Part shown: one piece after another, positions 1 through 11,899 of the stretch
How positions within the stretch are numbered: the stretch's first letter is position 1
How the letters are laid out: each line of letters begins with the position of its first letter
Origin: Ophelia neglecta
Taxonomy: Eukaryota
Length of the DNA stretch: 64,000 bases
NCBI GenBank assembly: GCA_965285935.1
Contig: OZ260664.1
Location: 70,556,001 to 70,620,000 of the forward strand
Direction: 5' to 3'
The notes under the pieces: generated by a model
Seen by the model: the letters and a program-made list of their open reading frames with translations, nothing else
What the model was told of the DNA's origin: nothing
Databases searched by the model: none
Position numbers and translations under genes: made by a program

Positions 1-1164
1 ATGATTCCAATCCTCTAATACACTATTTTTTGGCTCCACAATTGTGCTTTTTTTTACTTCAAAATGTTTTTGAATGAGGTTCGGAAGTGGATGAAAACAA
101 GAAGCACGAATCCTAACAAGTGTCACACGCTTTAAATGTTGGTGCCTGGGTAAGATTTTAAGACAAGAGTCCTGGGTCATTCAAGGCTATTTTTAGTTTT
201 TCTTACAAGCTGTGCACATTGGTACTTAGTTTAATGGCATTAAAATCTCTTTAAACAAAAATAAAGACCATCAAGCAGTGGGCTTGGGTAAGATCCAACT
301 TAAATAATAAAAATGTTTGAATCTACAGGCATGCTCATTAATGTGTCAGGATGGTGCTCTCTATTATTTGAGCCTTAAAATTCACAAGGTCCCAGTATTA
401 ATATTAATATTACAATATTACTTGACAACAATGCAATAAATCATAATTGTTAAATGTTAATTTCCAAAAGCTGTTTCATGATGTATGTATTGATTAGGTA
501 TTACCAACATTAACTATTATTGGATATATTTTTCAGGCAATCACTCTATCCACCAAAGCACATTAGACACCCAGAATACACATACGTATAATAGACAGTA
601 CAGCAAAAGTCCTTGAATTGTACATAGCTGTTACTGTGACACTTGAATCAATCATTATTACACACATACAGTGGTTTGCACCGTGATGACTGAATGGCCA
701 AGAGCTTAAGTATGACAATAAATAATCACAACTCTCACTCCATACAAACAGAGTGCATTAACCCAACTACAGGTTCTGTAATTAATCTAATTATTCATAA
801 ACTCTAATAAATAATACACGCCATTTTCCCATAACTTATACTTTAAACCTATAATTACTAGTGCACTTACATGGTACCCTATTATGGAGACTAAAAAATA
901 GTATTTAAAACAGCAATACTTTTTTGGTTTTGCCTCATATAATTGCTATTTCTGGAATTGAATATTATTTTATGTCTCTGTATCAGAGTATTAGAGGTTT
1001 CTTAAAACGGTCTAGCGAAGGAAGACCTACATACTTTTTCTATCTGTGAGATGCCACAATAAAAAAAAGTAGTTGCATCTATTTGAATGGTTTCTGTCGT
1101 TAGAATTTATCATCATTTTTATGTTGAGTGAAAGTCCTCTGTGAAAAAATTGGAAATTTTCACG

Positions 1165-1397
1165 AAATGACCACATCATGTGATTGGCTAGACTGCCTAC
1201 AAACAAGAGTGGTTTAAAGGTGTCTGATATAACCCTATGCCCAGATCATGTGATTGGCTTGAGTAGCTACAAATGTGAGTGGTTTGAAGGTTTCTGATAC
1301 AATCAAATGACCAGATCATGTGATTGTCTTGAGTAGCTACAAACGTGAGTGGTTTGAAGGTTTCTGATATAATCAAATGACCAGATCATGTGATTGG
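1165..1397. repeat. 70-bp tandem repeat, about 3.5 copies
   Basis: atgaccagatcatgtgattgg...gagtggtttgaaggtttctgat recurs at 70-bp spacing; target of the first SINE. Confidence 0.85.
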
Positions 1398-1670
1398 TTG
1401 TTGTTGTTGTTGTTGTTTGGGGTTTTACGTGGCTTTCAACACTTATCGGTCATATCGCCACTGTGCCTACTTGTGACAGTGGGCTCAATGCCCTCTTTAG
1501 AGTGCTGCCTCATTGGAGTACCTGCCGTAGACACCAGACAGGGAACCCCACCCAGTCACATTATACTGACACCGGGTTGACCAGTCCTGATACTATCCCC
1601 GAATTACCGGGCGCCTGGCAGGGGAGCTATCAGTACCTATATTAACGTCTTAGGTTTGACGCCATCGAGC
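1398..1670 (-). mobile_element. tRNA-derived SINE, 5'-truncated copy with (AAC)n tail and 13-bp TSD
   Basis: Near-identical to 51638-51904. (TTG)n on + is the (AAC)n tail. atcatgtgattgg is duplicated at 1385-1397 and 1672-1684. The central cccggtgtcagtataatgtgactgggtg resembles the Meta/MESC-type SINE core (from recall, needs a Dfam/Repbase check). Confidence 0.85.
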
Positions 1671-2376
1671 AATCATGTGATTGGGCTTAACAGCTTAAAT
1701 TAACTCCTCTAGTTTTGGTTATGACTAGCCCTAGCCATAGTCCCTATCATATCATTCTCATCAAGCACTTAATACTTAATCACCTTTAATCATTAATGAA
1801 CTTCCCTTCCTTGATTTCATATTCATGTAGCACACATTATAATTCCTGTACAATCAACTTAACCAATAATAAACAAGATGTTTATAATATGTTCAAAATG
1901 ATCAAATAAATTCCTAACTCCAATATAAATCAGTTTTTGTTAGACTGGTTAATCACATTCCCATGAATGACCAGGAAGCTCACCAGGAAGTACACAGGTA
2001 CACTGATAATCACTTTGCTATTACTCCAGTGCCGTCAAATATCCCTATTACAGAAATTCATGTTCCACCTGGTAAACTTTCTCCTAGTTAAAGGTGATAC
2101 ACTATTTCAAAGAGCTTGCTTGTCTATTATTTGTCATACATATTGTGATAGTTTTGAACTGTACACCTTCCTATATATACCTCTGAGTGGCAGTGCCTCC
2201 ATGAGAGGAGGAGGAGCACCTTGTCTACATGACAAGCCATAACACAACGCCAGGGCAGTGCTGGGCCCTAGCTTCAGGCAGTGTACAGGCCCCACACTCA
2301 CACCCTGTAAACAGATATGAAATTACACCTATTTATGCAGTATACACTCCTATTATGATATGCAGCATAATTAAGC

Positions 2377-2586
2377 TTAGGGTGACAAAATAACACGCCT
2401 ACTGCCTAGGATGACAAAATAACACGCCTACTGCCTAGGTTGACATAATAACCCGTTACCACCTAGGCTGACAAAATAACACGCCTACTGCCTAGGCTGA
2501 CAACATAACATGCCTACCGCCTAGGTTAACAAAATATCATACCAATCACCTGGGCTGACAAAATAACATGCCTACAGCCTAGGCTG
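2377..2586. repeat. about 29-bp minisatellite, about 7 copies
   Basis: Unit cctaggctgacaaaataacacgcctactg. Confidence 0.9.
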
Positions 2587-3374
2587 GTATGGCATTTTTA
2601 TAATAAGCCAGGAAATTAAACTAAAAAGATTGTAAAGTGTTCAATCCATATAAAAACAAGTCCTTAGAATGAAATGCACATTTGACTGGCCATTATACCT
2701 GATCACCTGACAACTGACTTTATAAACCAAATCCAAACACAAATAAAAAAAGTTCAGGCAAATCTCAAACAAAACATGGTTTGAAGTTGTTCTTTGAAAA
2801 ATATTCGACCATTTGGTGTTCAACTAGCACTGCACTATTGTGTGACACTAGTGTGACTCTCAGGTGAACTAGTTTAACCTGTGAATGTTGGATTTTCATC
2901 TGGTGGAGACATTGAGGTGCGCTATTCAGACCACCCACACTTCAGCCTCTTGCACAACTGAAATGGGTCACCTGCTAGCAGTGAATCATGGCTCACCGCT
3001 ATATCCATGGCTAGCTTCCAACTACAAACTAACTAATCTAATTAGTGTACATTCTGCTGCTCATTACACCCCTTTCTAAGGCACCAAGCTCGTTATTAAT
3101 CAGTGTATCAAAATGTTAACCAGTCTTAATGGATTTCTGGAAACAGGCCAACAGCAACTGTTTTCAGGTTAACTAGTTATATCTCTATATAATGGGAATA
3201 GGTTTCTGACTGAAATATCCTAAAAATATAATATGGTTATTCATCTCCCTGGTCTGCACTTGAATATCCATTAACAGTCCAGAAGTTGTGGGGAACCCAT
3301 ATCATTGGTTGATGGAGCAGTAATCTGGTGATAGCTTCAGACCAAGTATGCAGGACCTGTGCCAAATACCTTAC

Positions 3375-3442
3375 CTGAATAAATATGAACTGGATTGCTG
3401 GTCACAGCTTCAGCAGGGCTTAGCTTCTGGAGCCTTCCCACG
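3375..3442 (-). CDS. AFF4: probable next AFF exon, 68 nt, phase 2 in / phase 1 out
   Basis: Strong donor CAG|gtaagg, weak acceptor gtggtatttag|C. Open in the phase required by the large exon: (D)VGRLQKLSPAEAVTSNPVHIYS. No diagnostic motif. Confidence 0.45.
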
Positions 3443-3838
3443 CTAAATACCACATTATAGGGTAGCCAGTAAAGCAGATTTTACAACCCAGTTGAACAGG
3501 ATGCCTTCAACTTAAAAGTAAGCAGGCCCCTGACTTCATCCTAGAACATCCTCTCTGGCCATCAAAGGTGGCCAATATTGTTTAATATCCGATGGATCAG
3601 CATGAAATAAACCATGATCTCGTTGATATACACCTAGTTGTGGCTGATTGAATAAAGCTGACTGCACTTCTCAAACAAACCAGCAGCCATAGACCAGGTT
3701 TAGGAAAGCACCAATACAAGAAATATTGAAAACCAATTTGTTTGCTCCATAAGCCTCACACACCAAAACATGAGGGGATTCCTTAACCTGAGACACCAAC
3801 TTTGTTTTCTTCGAATGCAAACTCAACTTGTTTTTCTT

Positions 3839-4266
3839 TAGGACTGTCATTGACATCCAAATTTTGTCGATACGATTATCACGATACTTTTTGTCGATAT
3901 TTCGATTTTGTCAATATTTCTATATACTAGTTTTAGCACATTTTCCTGGTACAAAAGTTACCAGAAACAATTGTTTTTGCAAGAATCAGGCCTAAGTCTC
4001 TTCAAGCCATGTTTGCAGGGGACTGTTTCTATTATAATCTGTGTATGTGTGGATAAGAAAAGGGCTTCTATAGTGGTTCGTGTGAAGAATGCTTGCGAAT
4101 TTGAAAAGTTTTCTCTGTTTTCTTCATTATAAGGCATTTTTATGGCATTTTTATGGCATAAATATGATTTTTCGATATATCGATATTAAGCCATGTATAT
4201 CGATACACATATTGATAAATAGGGAATAGCGATATATCGATATGTAGGATATCGATGACGCTCCTA
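3839..4266. mobile_element. non-autonomous hAT-type DNA transposon (MITE)
   Basis: Imperfect 20-bp TIRs taggactgtcattgacatcc / ggatatcgatgacgctccta (16/20 match); exact 8-bp TSD tttttctt at 3831-3838 and 4267-4274; subterminal cgata/tatcg repeats at both ends. Confidence 0.85.
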
Positions 4267-4342
4267 TTTTTCTTAACAATCTTTTTGCCCAATCCGCCCC
4301 CTCAAATTTCTCAGGATGGATTTAACACCATTGGCAGGTAAG

Positions 4343-5052
4343 TCCAGAACTAATGTTATGGTAGGCCAGAACTGATGCTCTGGAAGTCTAGAACTAATGT
4401 TATGGTACCCCCCCCCCCCCCCCCCGAACTGATGCTATGGTAGCCCAGAACTGTTGTCATAGCCCAGAACTGATGTTGTGGTAGCCACTTACTGATGCTT
4501 TAGTAGCCCAGAACTGTTGTCATAGCCCAGAACTGATATTATGGTAGCCACTAACTGATGCTTTAGTAGCCCAGAACTGTTGTCATAGCCCAGAACTGAT
4601 GTTATGGTAGCCACTTACTGATGCTTTAGTAGCCCAGAACTGTTGTCATAGCCCAGAACTGATATTATGGTGGCCCCTTACTGATGCTTTAGTAGCCCAG
4701 AACTGTTGTCATAGCCCAGAACTGATGTTGTGGTAGCCACTTACTGATGCTTTAGTAGCTCAGAACTGTTGTCATAGCCCAGAACTGATATTATGGTGGC
4801 CCCTTACTGATGCTATGGTACCCCAGAACTGATGCTATGGTAGCTCAGAACTGTTGTCATAGCCCAGAACTGATGTTATGGTAGCCCCTTACTGATGCTT
4901 TAGTAGCCTAGAACTGTTGTCATAGCCCAGAACTGATGTTATGGTGGCCCCTTACTGATGCTATGGTACCCCAGAACTGATGCTATGGTACCCCAGAACT
5001 GTTGTCGTAGCCCAGAACTGATGCTATGTAGCCTAAATCTGATGTTATGGTA
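4343..5052. repeat. minisatellite with 19-22-bp subunits in a 63-bp higher-order unit
   Basis: agcccagaactgttgtcat + agcccagaactgatgttatggt + agccacttactgatgctttagt repeated. Confidence 0.92.
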
Positions 5053-6387
5053 AAAGCCTAGCAGCACTTGGCAGTGGACAGGATAAATAGTAATATCACG
5101 GTCCTTCAGACATACAGCTTTATAACTTAAACACATTCTCAGCATGTGTAAGTGATTGTGTGGGGAATGTAGGCCAGAATACACAATCCTTACCATCTCT
5201 CTGTCAAGTCAATGACCACAAGAGTATTATATATACAATTCCACCCCCAAAAAATAAAATTGTTTATTTTAAGATTATTCATACACATATATAGCAAGAA
5301 AGCTGCTGTATAATGGCTTTTTGGTCCAACACACAGGCATGCAGCACCAGCAAAAAAACCAGGTGAGAGAGGGAAGCCTGGAATAGCTCTCCACAGGTAC
5401 AGAATCAATACAGGCAAATGACATCAGCACAATATACTGGAAATAATACACAAACAAAAATCCTCTTAACACTAGGTCAGGCTGTTAAAAAGATAAATCT
5501 AAGTACGCAAGACTAAACTGGCTTCACATTCAGTAGATCTGTCTACTGGTAATAATATAGAGAGCTGTTATAACAGGGAAATGTCAATGGACAATTGTGT
5601 GGCAATATAAGTCCAGAGGTAAACATCACAAGGACACAGACCTACACGACAGGTTCCATGACCAAACCAGCCCCTGAACTTGGCTGTCCTAATTCACTGT
5701 GTATTCTCATTCCCAAAGTTTAATGAAGACAACACCAGGAAACATGACTGTCAAAAGTCACCATAACCCTATCATCTTAGTCAATATCAGCTAATTTTTG
5801 AAAGTTGGACTTTTTTATGAACTTAACAACCAACACAAAATGGGCCTGCCTAAAGCATTTCCTGTATGTGATCACCCAAGCTCTCAATATTGTATGTAGT
5901 CTATGAGGAATATGGTGAATCCAGCAGAAATAAATGTCAAACTGTAATTCCAAAAACAAGACAGGATGAACAAAAGGTGTGTGGGACCATTTATATTGTA
6001 ACATACTATAACTCAACGGCACCATTGGTGTGAGCACCCGTACCGACCAATTACAGTCTGAAGGGTCTCGCTGTATTATATAATGTATTTCAGTGCACAA
6101 AGCTAGCAGATGGCTGCCCCCACCTCCCTCCCCATAGGGATATTTTGCTATAACGTTCCCTCCCCCCCCCCACATACTTTTTTTAGCTAATGGGCAAAGC
6201 TGGCCGTTCAGTACCCACACCCTCAAGGGATATATTCCCTTTGTGATCCATCCTCCCCCACCCCCACTGTTGTACATTTCTTATTTCCAGCCTAATTATC
6301 TGGCCATCTAACTTGCTACTCAACTGTCTACCTGGTTGTCTACCTGGCTATCTAGTATCTACCTCTTTTGACTGTCTACCTAGAGAG

Positions 6388-6740
6388 AATGATAAAGACC
6401 TGGTGAGGGGTAGACTGGACACATCCTAGGAGGGTATAAAAGAGGGTTATAATGACCTGGTAAGGAGTAGACATTAAGAGGGTTAAAATGACTTGGTGTG
6501 GGGTAGACAGGACACATCCTAGCAGGGTATAAACAAGGGTTATAATGACCAGGTGTGAGGGGTAAACATACCCATCCTACTTGGGTTTAAACAAGGGTTA
6601 TTTTGATCTGGAGAGGGGTAGACATAAGCAAACCAAGCAGGGTATAAATGAGGGTAATAATGACATGGTGAGGTGTAAACATGCCCTTTCCTAAGAGGGT
6701 ATAAATAGGGTTTTGTTGATCTGGTGAGGGGTAGACTTAA
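6388..6740. repeat. degenerate tandem repeat (roughly 55-60 bp)
   Basis: Recurring gacctggtgaggggtagac...agggtataaa...gggttataat. Confidence 0.65.
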
Positions 6741-6978
6741 CTGGAAACCTTTTCTGCTGTCTTTTATGGCATGTGCCCTTGAGCTACCCTGGTGAACAGG
6801 ATTTGTTCTGCACCTTGTTTCACTTGTCCAGGACATTAGACACATTCTTATGGCCAAACCTTGATCACTCATTTTTCATTAATTAAGCAGCATTTTAGAG
6901 TTTATTATCTAACATGATCGGCTAACTAGACCAATGATAAATCTAGACCATCTGATTAGAAGTATGAAAACTACTCAC

Positions 6979-8726
6979 TCTCTGTCGTTGACAGTGTCGC
7001 TGGCAGTGTGTTTAGCCACAGCTTTCACCTCTCCGGTCCCCCACTCACTGGGCGTTCGCTTGCCTGTCCGAGATCGCTCTGTTGAGCTGCTGCTGTTGCC
7101 CCCTAGCTGCCGAGAGGCAGACTTTGTTTCCCCCCCAGTCCGAGCTTTCTTGCTGCCACTATCCTCTGTTGCTGTCGTGTCCCTCTCCTTGTGTTTCCGT
7201 TTCTTGGGAATCTTGAGATCCGTGTTGAGTTTTTGGTTAGCCTGGATCTGGGCAAGCACCGCTTGGCTGCGTTTTCTCTCCTCAGAGTTTGGTTTCTTCA
7301 CAGTTTTAAGTTCAGTTTTTAAAGGTGTGGACCTCTCTGTGTGACTGTCCTCTTCAGACTTAACACTCACATGCTCCTCCTTCCCTAGAGGGCCATCTGG
7401 GTTGGAGAAGCCATTGGTTTCCTCCTCAAGGTCATCCCTGATCTCCCCCTCCTCCACACTAGCCTCGGTTTTGATGCCCTTTGGGTGGGACTGGGGTTCG
7501 GAGAGTGTGAGGGGAGGGGAAGTCTGCTGCGGCTTGTGCCAAATGGGTTGGGTGCTGACCGAGGAGACATGGCTGGGAGACAAGCCTATTAGGGCCAGAT
7601 CCAGGTGAACCATGATGGATGGTTTGCCATTGGAGTAGGACAGGCCCTGTAGGCCAGATAAGCAAGGGGCACTGACAGACACCGAAGACGCCTTTGTGGC
7701 AATGGTAGAAGCACTGGTACTGGAGGAAATAGCCACACTAGGTGTGGCTGTGGTAGTGATGGGGAGAGCAGGGGGTAGAGGAGGGTCGTGTGGCAGGGGG
7801 GACAAGAGCTTGCGGCTAGTGACACTCTGCAGCAGGTCGTCCACCGATGGACCCTCCTGAGCATTGTTGTTATGGCATTTCTCCCACTGGGAGTTGTGAC
7901 TTCCACTAAGGCCTTTCTTGTCGGAATCCTTTGCCACTTTAACACTACTACTGTTTTTGTGCGGCCTCCCACGTTTGGTGGCAGGCTGAGTTTTCTGAGA
8001 CTTTGTGGCATCTTTCTCAGGAGACGATATTCCCACAACATCAATGATGGAATCATCCATTTCTGCCTCAGGGGAGCTCTCATCCGCAGAACTAGCCACA
8101 TACTCCTCAGTCTTGTAAGTTTTGCGCTTACCTTTTTTAGGTTTAGGAGTAGAAGATCCTGGTTTGGAGCTGGGCGGGGTCTTGCCCCTCCCCGGGGACT
8201 TGCCCTTCCGAGAAGGGGTCCGGTTTGGAGTTTGTGAGTTTGAATATTTGTTAGAGTCTACTTTGGTTTTTGGAGCCACCTGCTCCTCATCCTTGACCTT
8301 GACCTTGACATGCTCCTTGACCTTAGCTTCACTCTGGCGTGGTGTACTACTCCCGACACTACTACTGCCTCGACCCCTGGGCGAGGCCCGGGTGGTCGGG
8401 CTTTTAATACAACTGTCAGGTGAGCAAGGTAGTGGTTTAGATTTCACTTTTTTGTCTGAACTCTGTGTCGAGTGAACTATTTTCTCAATGCTGTGAGGCG
8501 TAGGCACTATTCCAAAGTTTAATTTCCACTCATTTCCAACATTGGTGAGGCTGTCAATTGGGGAGATATTCCCAGGATTAATTAGGTTGGTAAGTAAATC
8601 CTCAACCTCCTTGTCCGAGTCGCTCTTCTTGACCTCATTGTTCTCTAGGGGCACTGCCGTCACAATAGAGGTCAAGGGGTCAGACTTGTTAGAGACCCAC
8701 CGGTCCAGGCTCCAGAGGTTAGGAGG
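6979..8726 (-). CDS. AFF4: AF4/FMR2-family (AFF/lilliputian) large central coding exon, 1748 nt, phase 0 in / phase 2 out
   Basis: Lies within the 591-aa ORF. Acceptor ttgtgttttcttgttcccttccag|CCT at 8727/8726; donor AGA GA|gtgagt at 6979/6978. Encodes PPNLWSLDRW (like AFF NKWQLDNW), KTYKTEEYVASS (like AFF KSKEFIETxSS), AT-hook KRGRPHK (7956-7976, as in lilli), IMVHLDLALI (7587-7616, like the AF4 ENL/AF9-binding LMVKITLDLL) and basic NLS-like KIPKKRKHK. Family assigned by motif recognition; the symbol means the invertebrate AFF/lilli homologue, not a specific vertebrate paralogue. Confidence 0.88.
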
Positions 8727-9357
8727 CTGGAAGGGAACAAGAAAACACAATCTGAGTCAAACAGATCAGCATTCATACATGAATGTGCCATGCACATTCT
8801 CTAAAACTACAGTGTTAATCTAAACATGCTTTGTTAAAAATATGCTTGTAGCATTTGATTCTACATCATTTGGAATTTAGGCCCTAAGTGAAGTTATTTG
8901 GATAATTTGTAAACTGAACTTGAAAAACTGAATTTATCAAGAATACATTGACATTGAATAACACAACAATAAAACATGAAAGAGGTGAAACATGAGATAG
9001 CAATATCCATGGCTAGACAAGGAGCAAGAATAAACAGAGCCTGTAAATCACATGAGTGATGGTGGAAAAAACAAAGGGAATTTACAAGGCGGCAGCTGGC
9101 TGGCTAAATGGCAAAAGTGTGTTGGCTAAAATTGTCAGGGAGGCTAGGGCAGAGTCTGTGCAAAGGAAATCAGTTTCCCTTGTTACTTCTACATCTGATT
9201 ACATAGCTGTTGCTTTTCTTCCGGCAATAAATGCCATTTGCAAGAGCTGTGTCAACCACAAGGATGTGAGTCCAAGATGATATGCCTACATAATACAGTG
9301 GCAAATCACTTCCCGGGTACATGTACTCATAAACTATATACCAACCGAACACTCGCC

Positions 9358-10647
9358 ATTAACCTCTCTAGTACACTGGCTGGTGTACATATTAGTTGTT
9401 AACCTCTCTAGTACACTGGCTGGTCTACATATTAGTTGTTTACCTCTCTAGTACACTGGCTGGTCTACATATTATCTGTTAACCTCTCTAGTACACTGGC
9501 TGGTGTACATATTAGTTGTTAACCTCTCTAGTACACTGGCTGGTCTACATATTAGTTGTTAACCTCTCTAGTACACTGGCTGGTCTACATATTATCTGTT
9601 AACCTCTCTACATATTAGTTGTTAACCTCTCTAGTACACTGGCTGGTCTACATATTAGTTGTTAACCTCTCTAGTACAATGACTGGTAATTCCACTGGTC
9701 TACATATTAGTTGTTAACCTCTCTAGTACACTGGCTGGTCTACATATTATCTGTTAACCTCTCTAGTACACTGGCTGGTCTACATATTAGTTGTTAACCT
9801 CTCTAGTACACTGGCTGGTCTACATATTAGTTGTTAACCTCTCTAGTACACTGGCTGGTCTACATATTAGTTGTTAACCTCTCTAGTACACTGGCTGGTG
9901 TACATATTAGTTGTTAACCTCTCTAGTACACTGGCTGGTCTACATATTAGTTGTTAACCTCTCTAGTACACTGGCTGGTGTACATATTAGTTGTTAACCT
10001 CTCTAGTACACTGGCTGGTCTACATATTAGTTGTTAACCTCTCTAGTACAATGACTGGTAATTCCACTGGTCTACATATTAGTTGTTAACCTCTCTAGTA
10101 CACTGGCTGGTGTACATATTAGTTGTTAACCTCTCTAGTACACTGGCTGGTGTACATATTAGTTGTTAACCTCTCTAGTACACTGGCTGGTCTACATATT
10201 AGTTGTTAACCTCTCTAGTACAATGACTGGTAATTCCACTGGTCTACATATTAGTTGTTAACCCCTCTAGTACACTGGCTGGTCTACATATTATCTGTTA
10301 ACCCCTCTAGTACACTGGCTGGTCTACATATTAGTTGTTAACCTCTCTAGTACACTGGCTGGTCTACATATTAGTTGTTAACCTCTCTAGTACACTGGCT
10401 GGTGTACATATTAGTTGTTAACCTCTCTAGTACACTGGCTGGTCTACATATTAGTTGTTAACCTCTCTAGTACACTGGCTGGTCTACATATTAGTTGTTA
10501 ACCTCTCTAGTACACTGGCTGGTCTACATATTAGTTGTTAACCTCTCTAGTACACTGGCTGGTGTACATATTAGTTGTTAACCTCTCTAGTACACTGGCT
10601 GGTCTACATATTAGTTGTTAACCTCTCTAGTACACTGGCTGGTCTAC
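9358..10647. repeat. 40-bp minisatellite, about 31 copies
   Basis: Unit gttaacctctctagtacactggctggtctacatattagtt, with a recurring longer variant containing caatgactggtaattcc. Confidence 0.97.
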
Positions 10648-10739
10648 TCTAATGTTGATATATTCTGTATATAGTGAGGATAGTAGATAATTTATCCTTA
10701 AGAAAGAAAAATGACTAAACTTTTTTTTTGATCCACACT

Positions 10740-11130
10740 GATACAATACAACTTTCCACTAACCTCTTTACCTACCAGCACGATACACCACCTTTCCACT
10801 AACCTCTTTTCCACTAACCTCTTTCCCTTTCTACTAACCTCTTTACCATCAATCATGATACACTACATCTTTCCACTAACCTCTTTACCATCAATCATGA
10901 TACACTACACCTTTCCACTAACCTCTTTTCCACTAACCTCTTTCCCTTTCTACTAACCTCTTTACCATCAATCATGATACCATACACCTTTCCACTAACC
11001 TCTTTACCATCAATCATGATACACTACACCTTTCCACTAACCTCTTTACCATCAATCATGATACACTACACCTTTCCACTAACCTCTTTACTATCAATCA
11101 TGATACACTTCACCTTTCCACTAACCTCTT
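10740..11130. repeat. 42-bp minisatellite overlapping the exon/intron boundary
   Basis: Unit cctttccactaacctctttaccatcaatcatgatacactaca; the minus strand of each copy contains AGAG|GTTAG. Confidence 0.92.
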
Positions 11131-11294
11131 TACGTTCCTCCTGATCCTCCTCCTTTACCACCTCTTTGTCTTTCTCCTCGTCTGACGAGCTGGAATCTGT
11201 GTCGCTGTCACTAGTCATACCAGACCCAGAGTCAGAGCTGGAGCTCTCTGAGCTGTCCGACTGTTTACTGCTCATTGTCGACTGCTTACGGGTA
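11126..11294 (-). CDS. AFF4: AFF coding exon (Ser/Asp/Glu-rich SDE segment of pSER), 169 nt, phase 2 in / phase 0 out
   Basis: Acceptor tttttttggtttttttttcag|T; donor GAG|gttagt. Encodes (S)TRKQSTMSSKQSDSSESSSSDSGSGMTSDSDTDSSSSDEEKDKEVVKEEDQEERKE. Phase matches both flanking exons. Confidence 0.88.
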
Positions 11295-11419
11295 CTGAAA
11301 AAAAACCAAAAAAAACATGTAATCCCATATTTGGTGTTATCATGTATGATGATAGAAAAACCTTACGCTGGTGTGTTACAAGCTCCAGGAACAAACTAAT
11401 TTAACACATGGCACATTAT

Positions 11420-11850
11420 ACAAATAATGACTGCTCTGCCATGAGATGGTACAGAATATATCACCCGAGGGTTTGGGTATTGACTGAAGCAATGTTATGT
11501 CGCCCGAGGCCTGCCGAGGGCGACATAACATTGCTGAGGTCAATACCCAAACCCGAGGGGGAGATATTCTGTACCATCTCATGACAGAGCAGTTGTTATT
11601 TGTTTTATTATTATACTGGGTGAAAATGCGCCCTCTGGCGATTGACTTTAAACTATCCTTGAGTGGTGAAGGCGTAGGCTTTCTAGCCTCGGTGCGCGTA
11701 CTACTAACGCACAGGGTGACATAACTTTGCGCTCCCCGGAAAAATGTTATGTCACCCCGCTGAAACATTTGCTATAAGATTTCAGCCACATCTCATGTGA
11801 CCCTTAACCAACCAATGGCAATAAGCCATTTTCACCCAGTATTTAATAAT
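11420..11850. mobile_element. foldback non-autonomous DNA element with two adjacent inverted-repeat modules
   Basis: IR1: about 85-bp arms spanning 11420-11603 with a short loop. IR2: tactgggtgaaaatg (11614-11628) pairs with cattttcacccagta (11827-11841). Inner IR gggtgacataac/gttatgtcaccc at 11714-11757. CpG-rich and non-coding. Confidence 0.7.
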
Positions 11851-11899
11851 ACCACATCAACAAGTCATTAAACCTCTAATAGTTCCTATAGTCTCTATA

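Noticed and set aside
2181-2224. Possible exon QGAPPPLMEALPLR (phase 2 in / phase 1 out)
   Set aside because: Weak donor (gtatat) and weak polypyrimidine tract; no motif support.
5194-5200. Possible 7-nt microexon cag|AGAGATG|gtaagg
   Set aside because: Not phase-compatible with the better 3442-3375 candidate and cannot be supported without RNA data.
6934-8823. Several + strand and alternative-frame ORFs overlapping the large exon
   Set aside because: Shadow ORFs of the GC-richer AFF coding exon.
9358-10647. CRISPR-like regular arrays (also 29765-31785, 33757-34963)
   Set aside because: Units are head-to-tail with no unique spacers, there are no cas genes, and the context is a eukaryotic intron.
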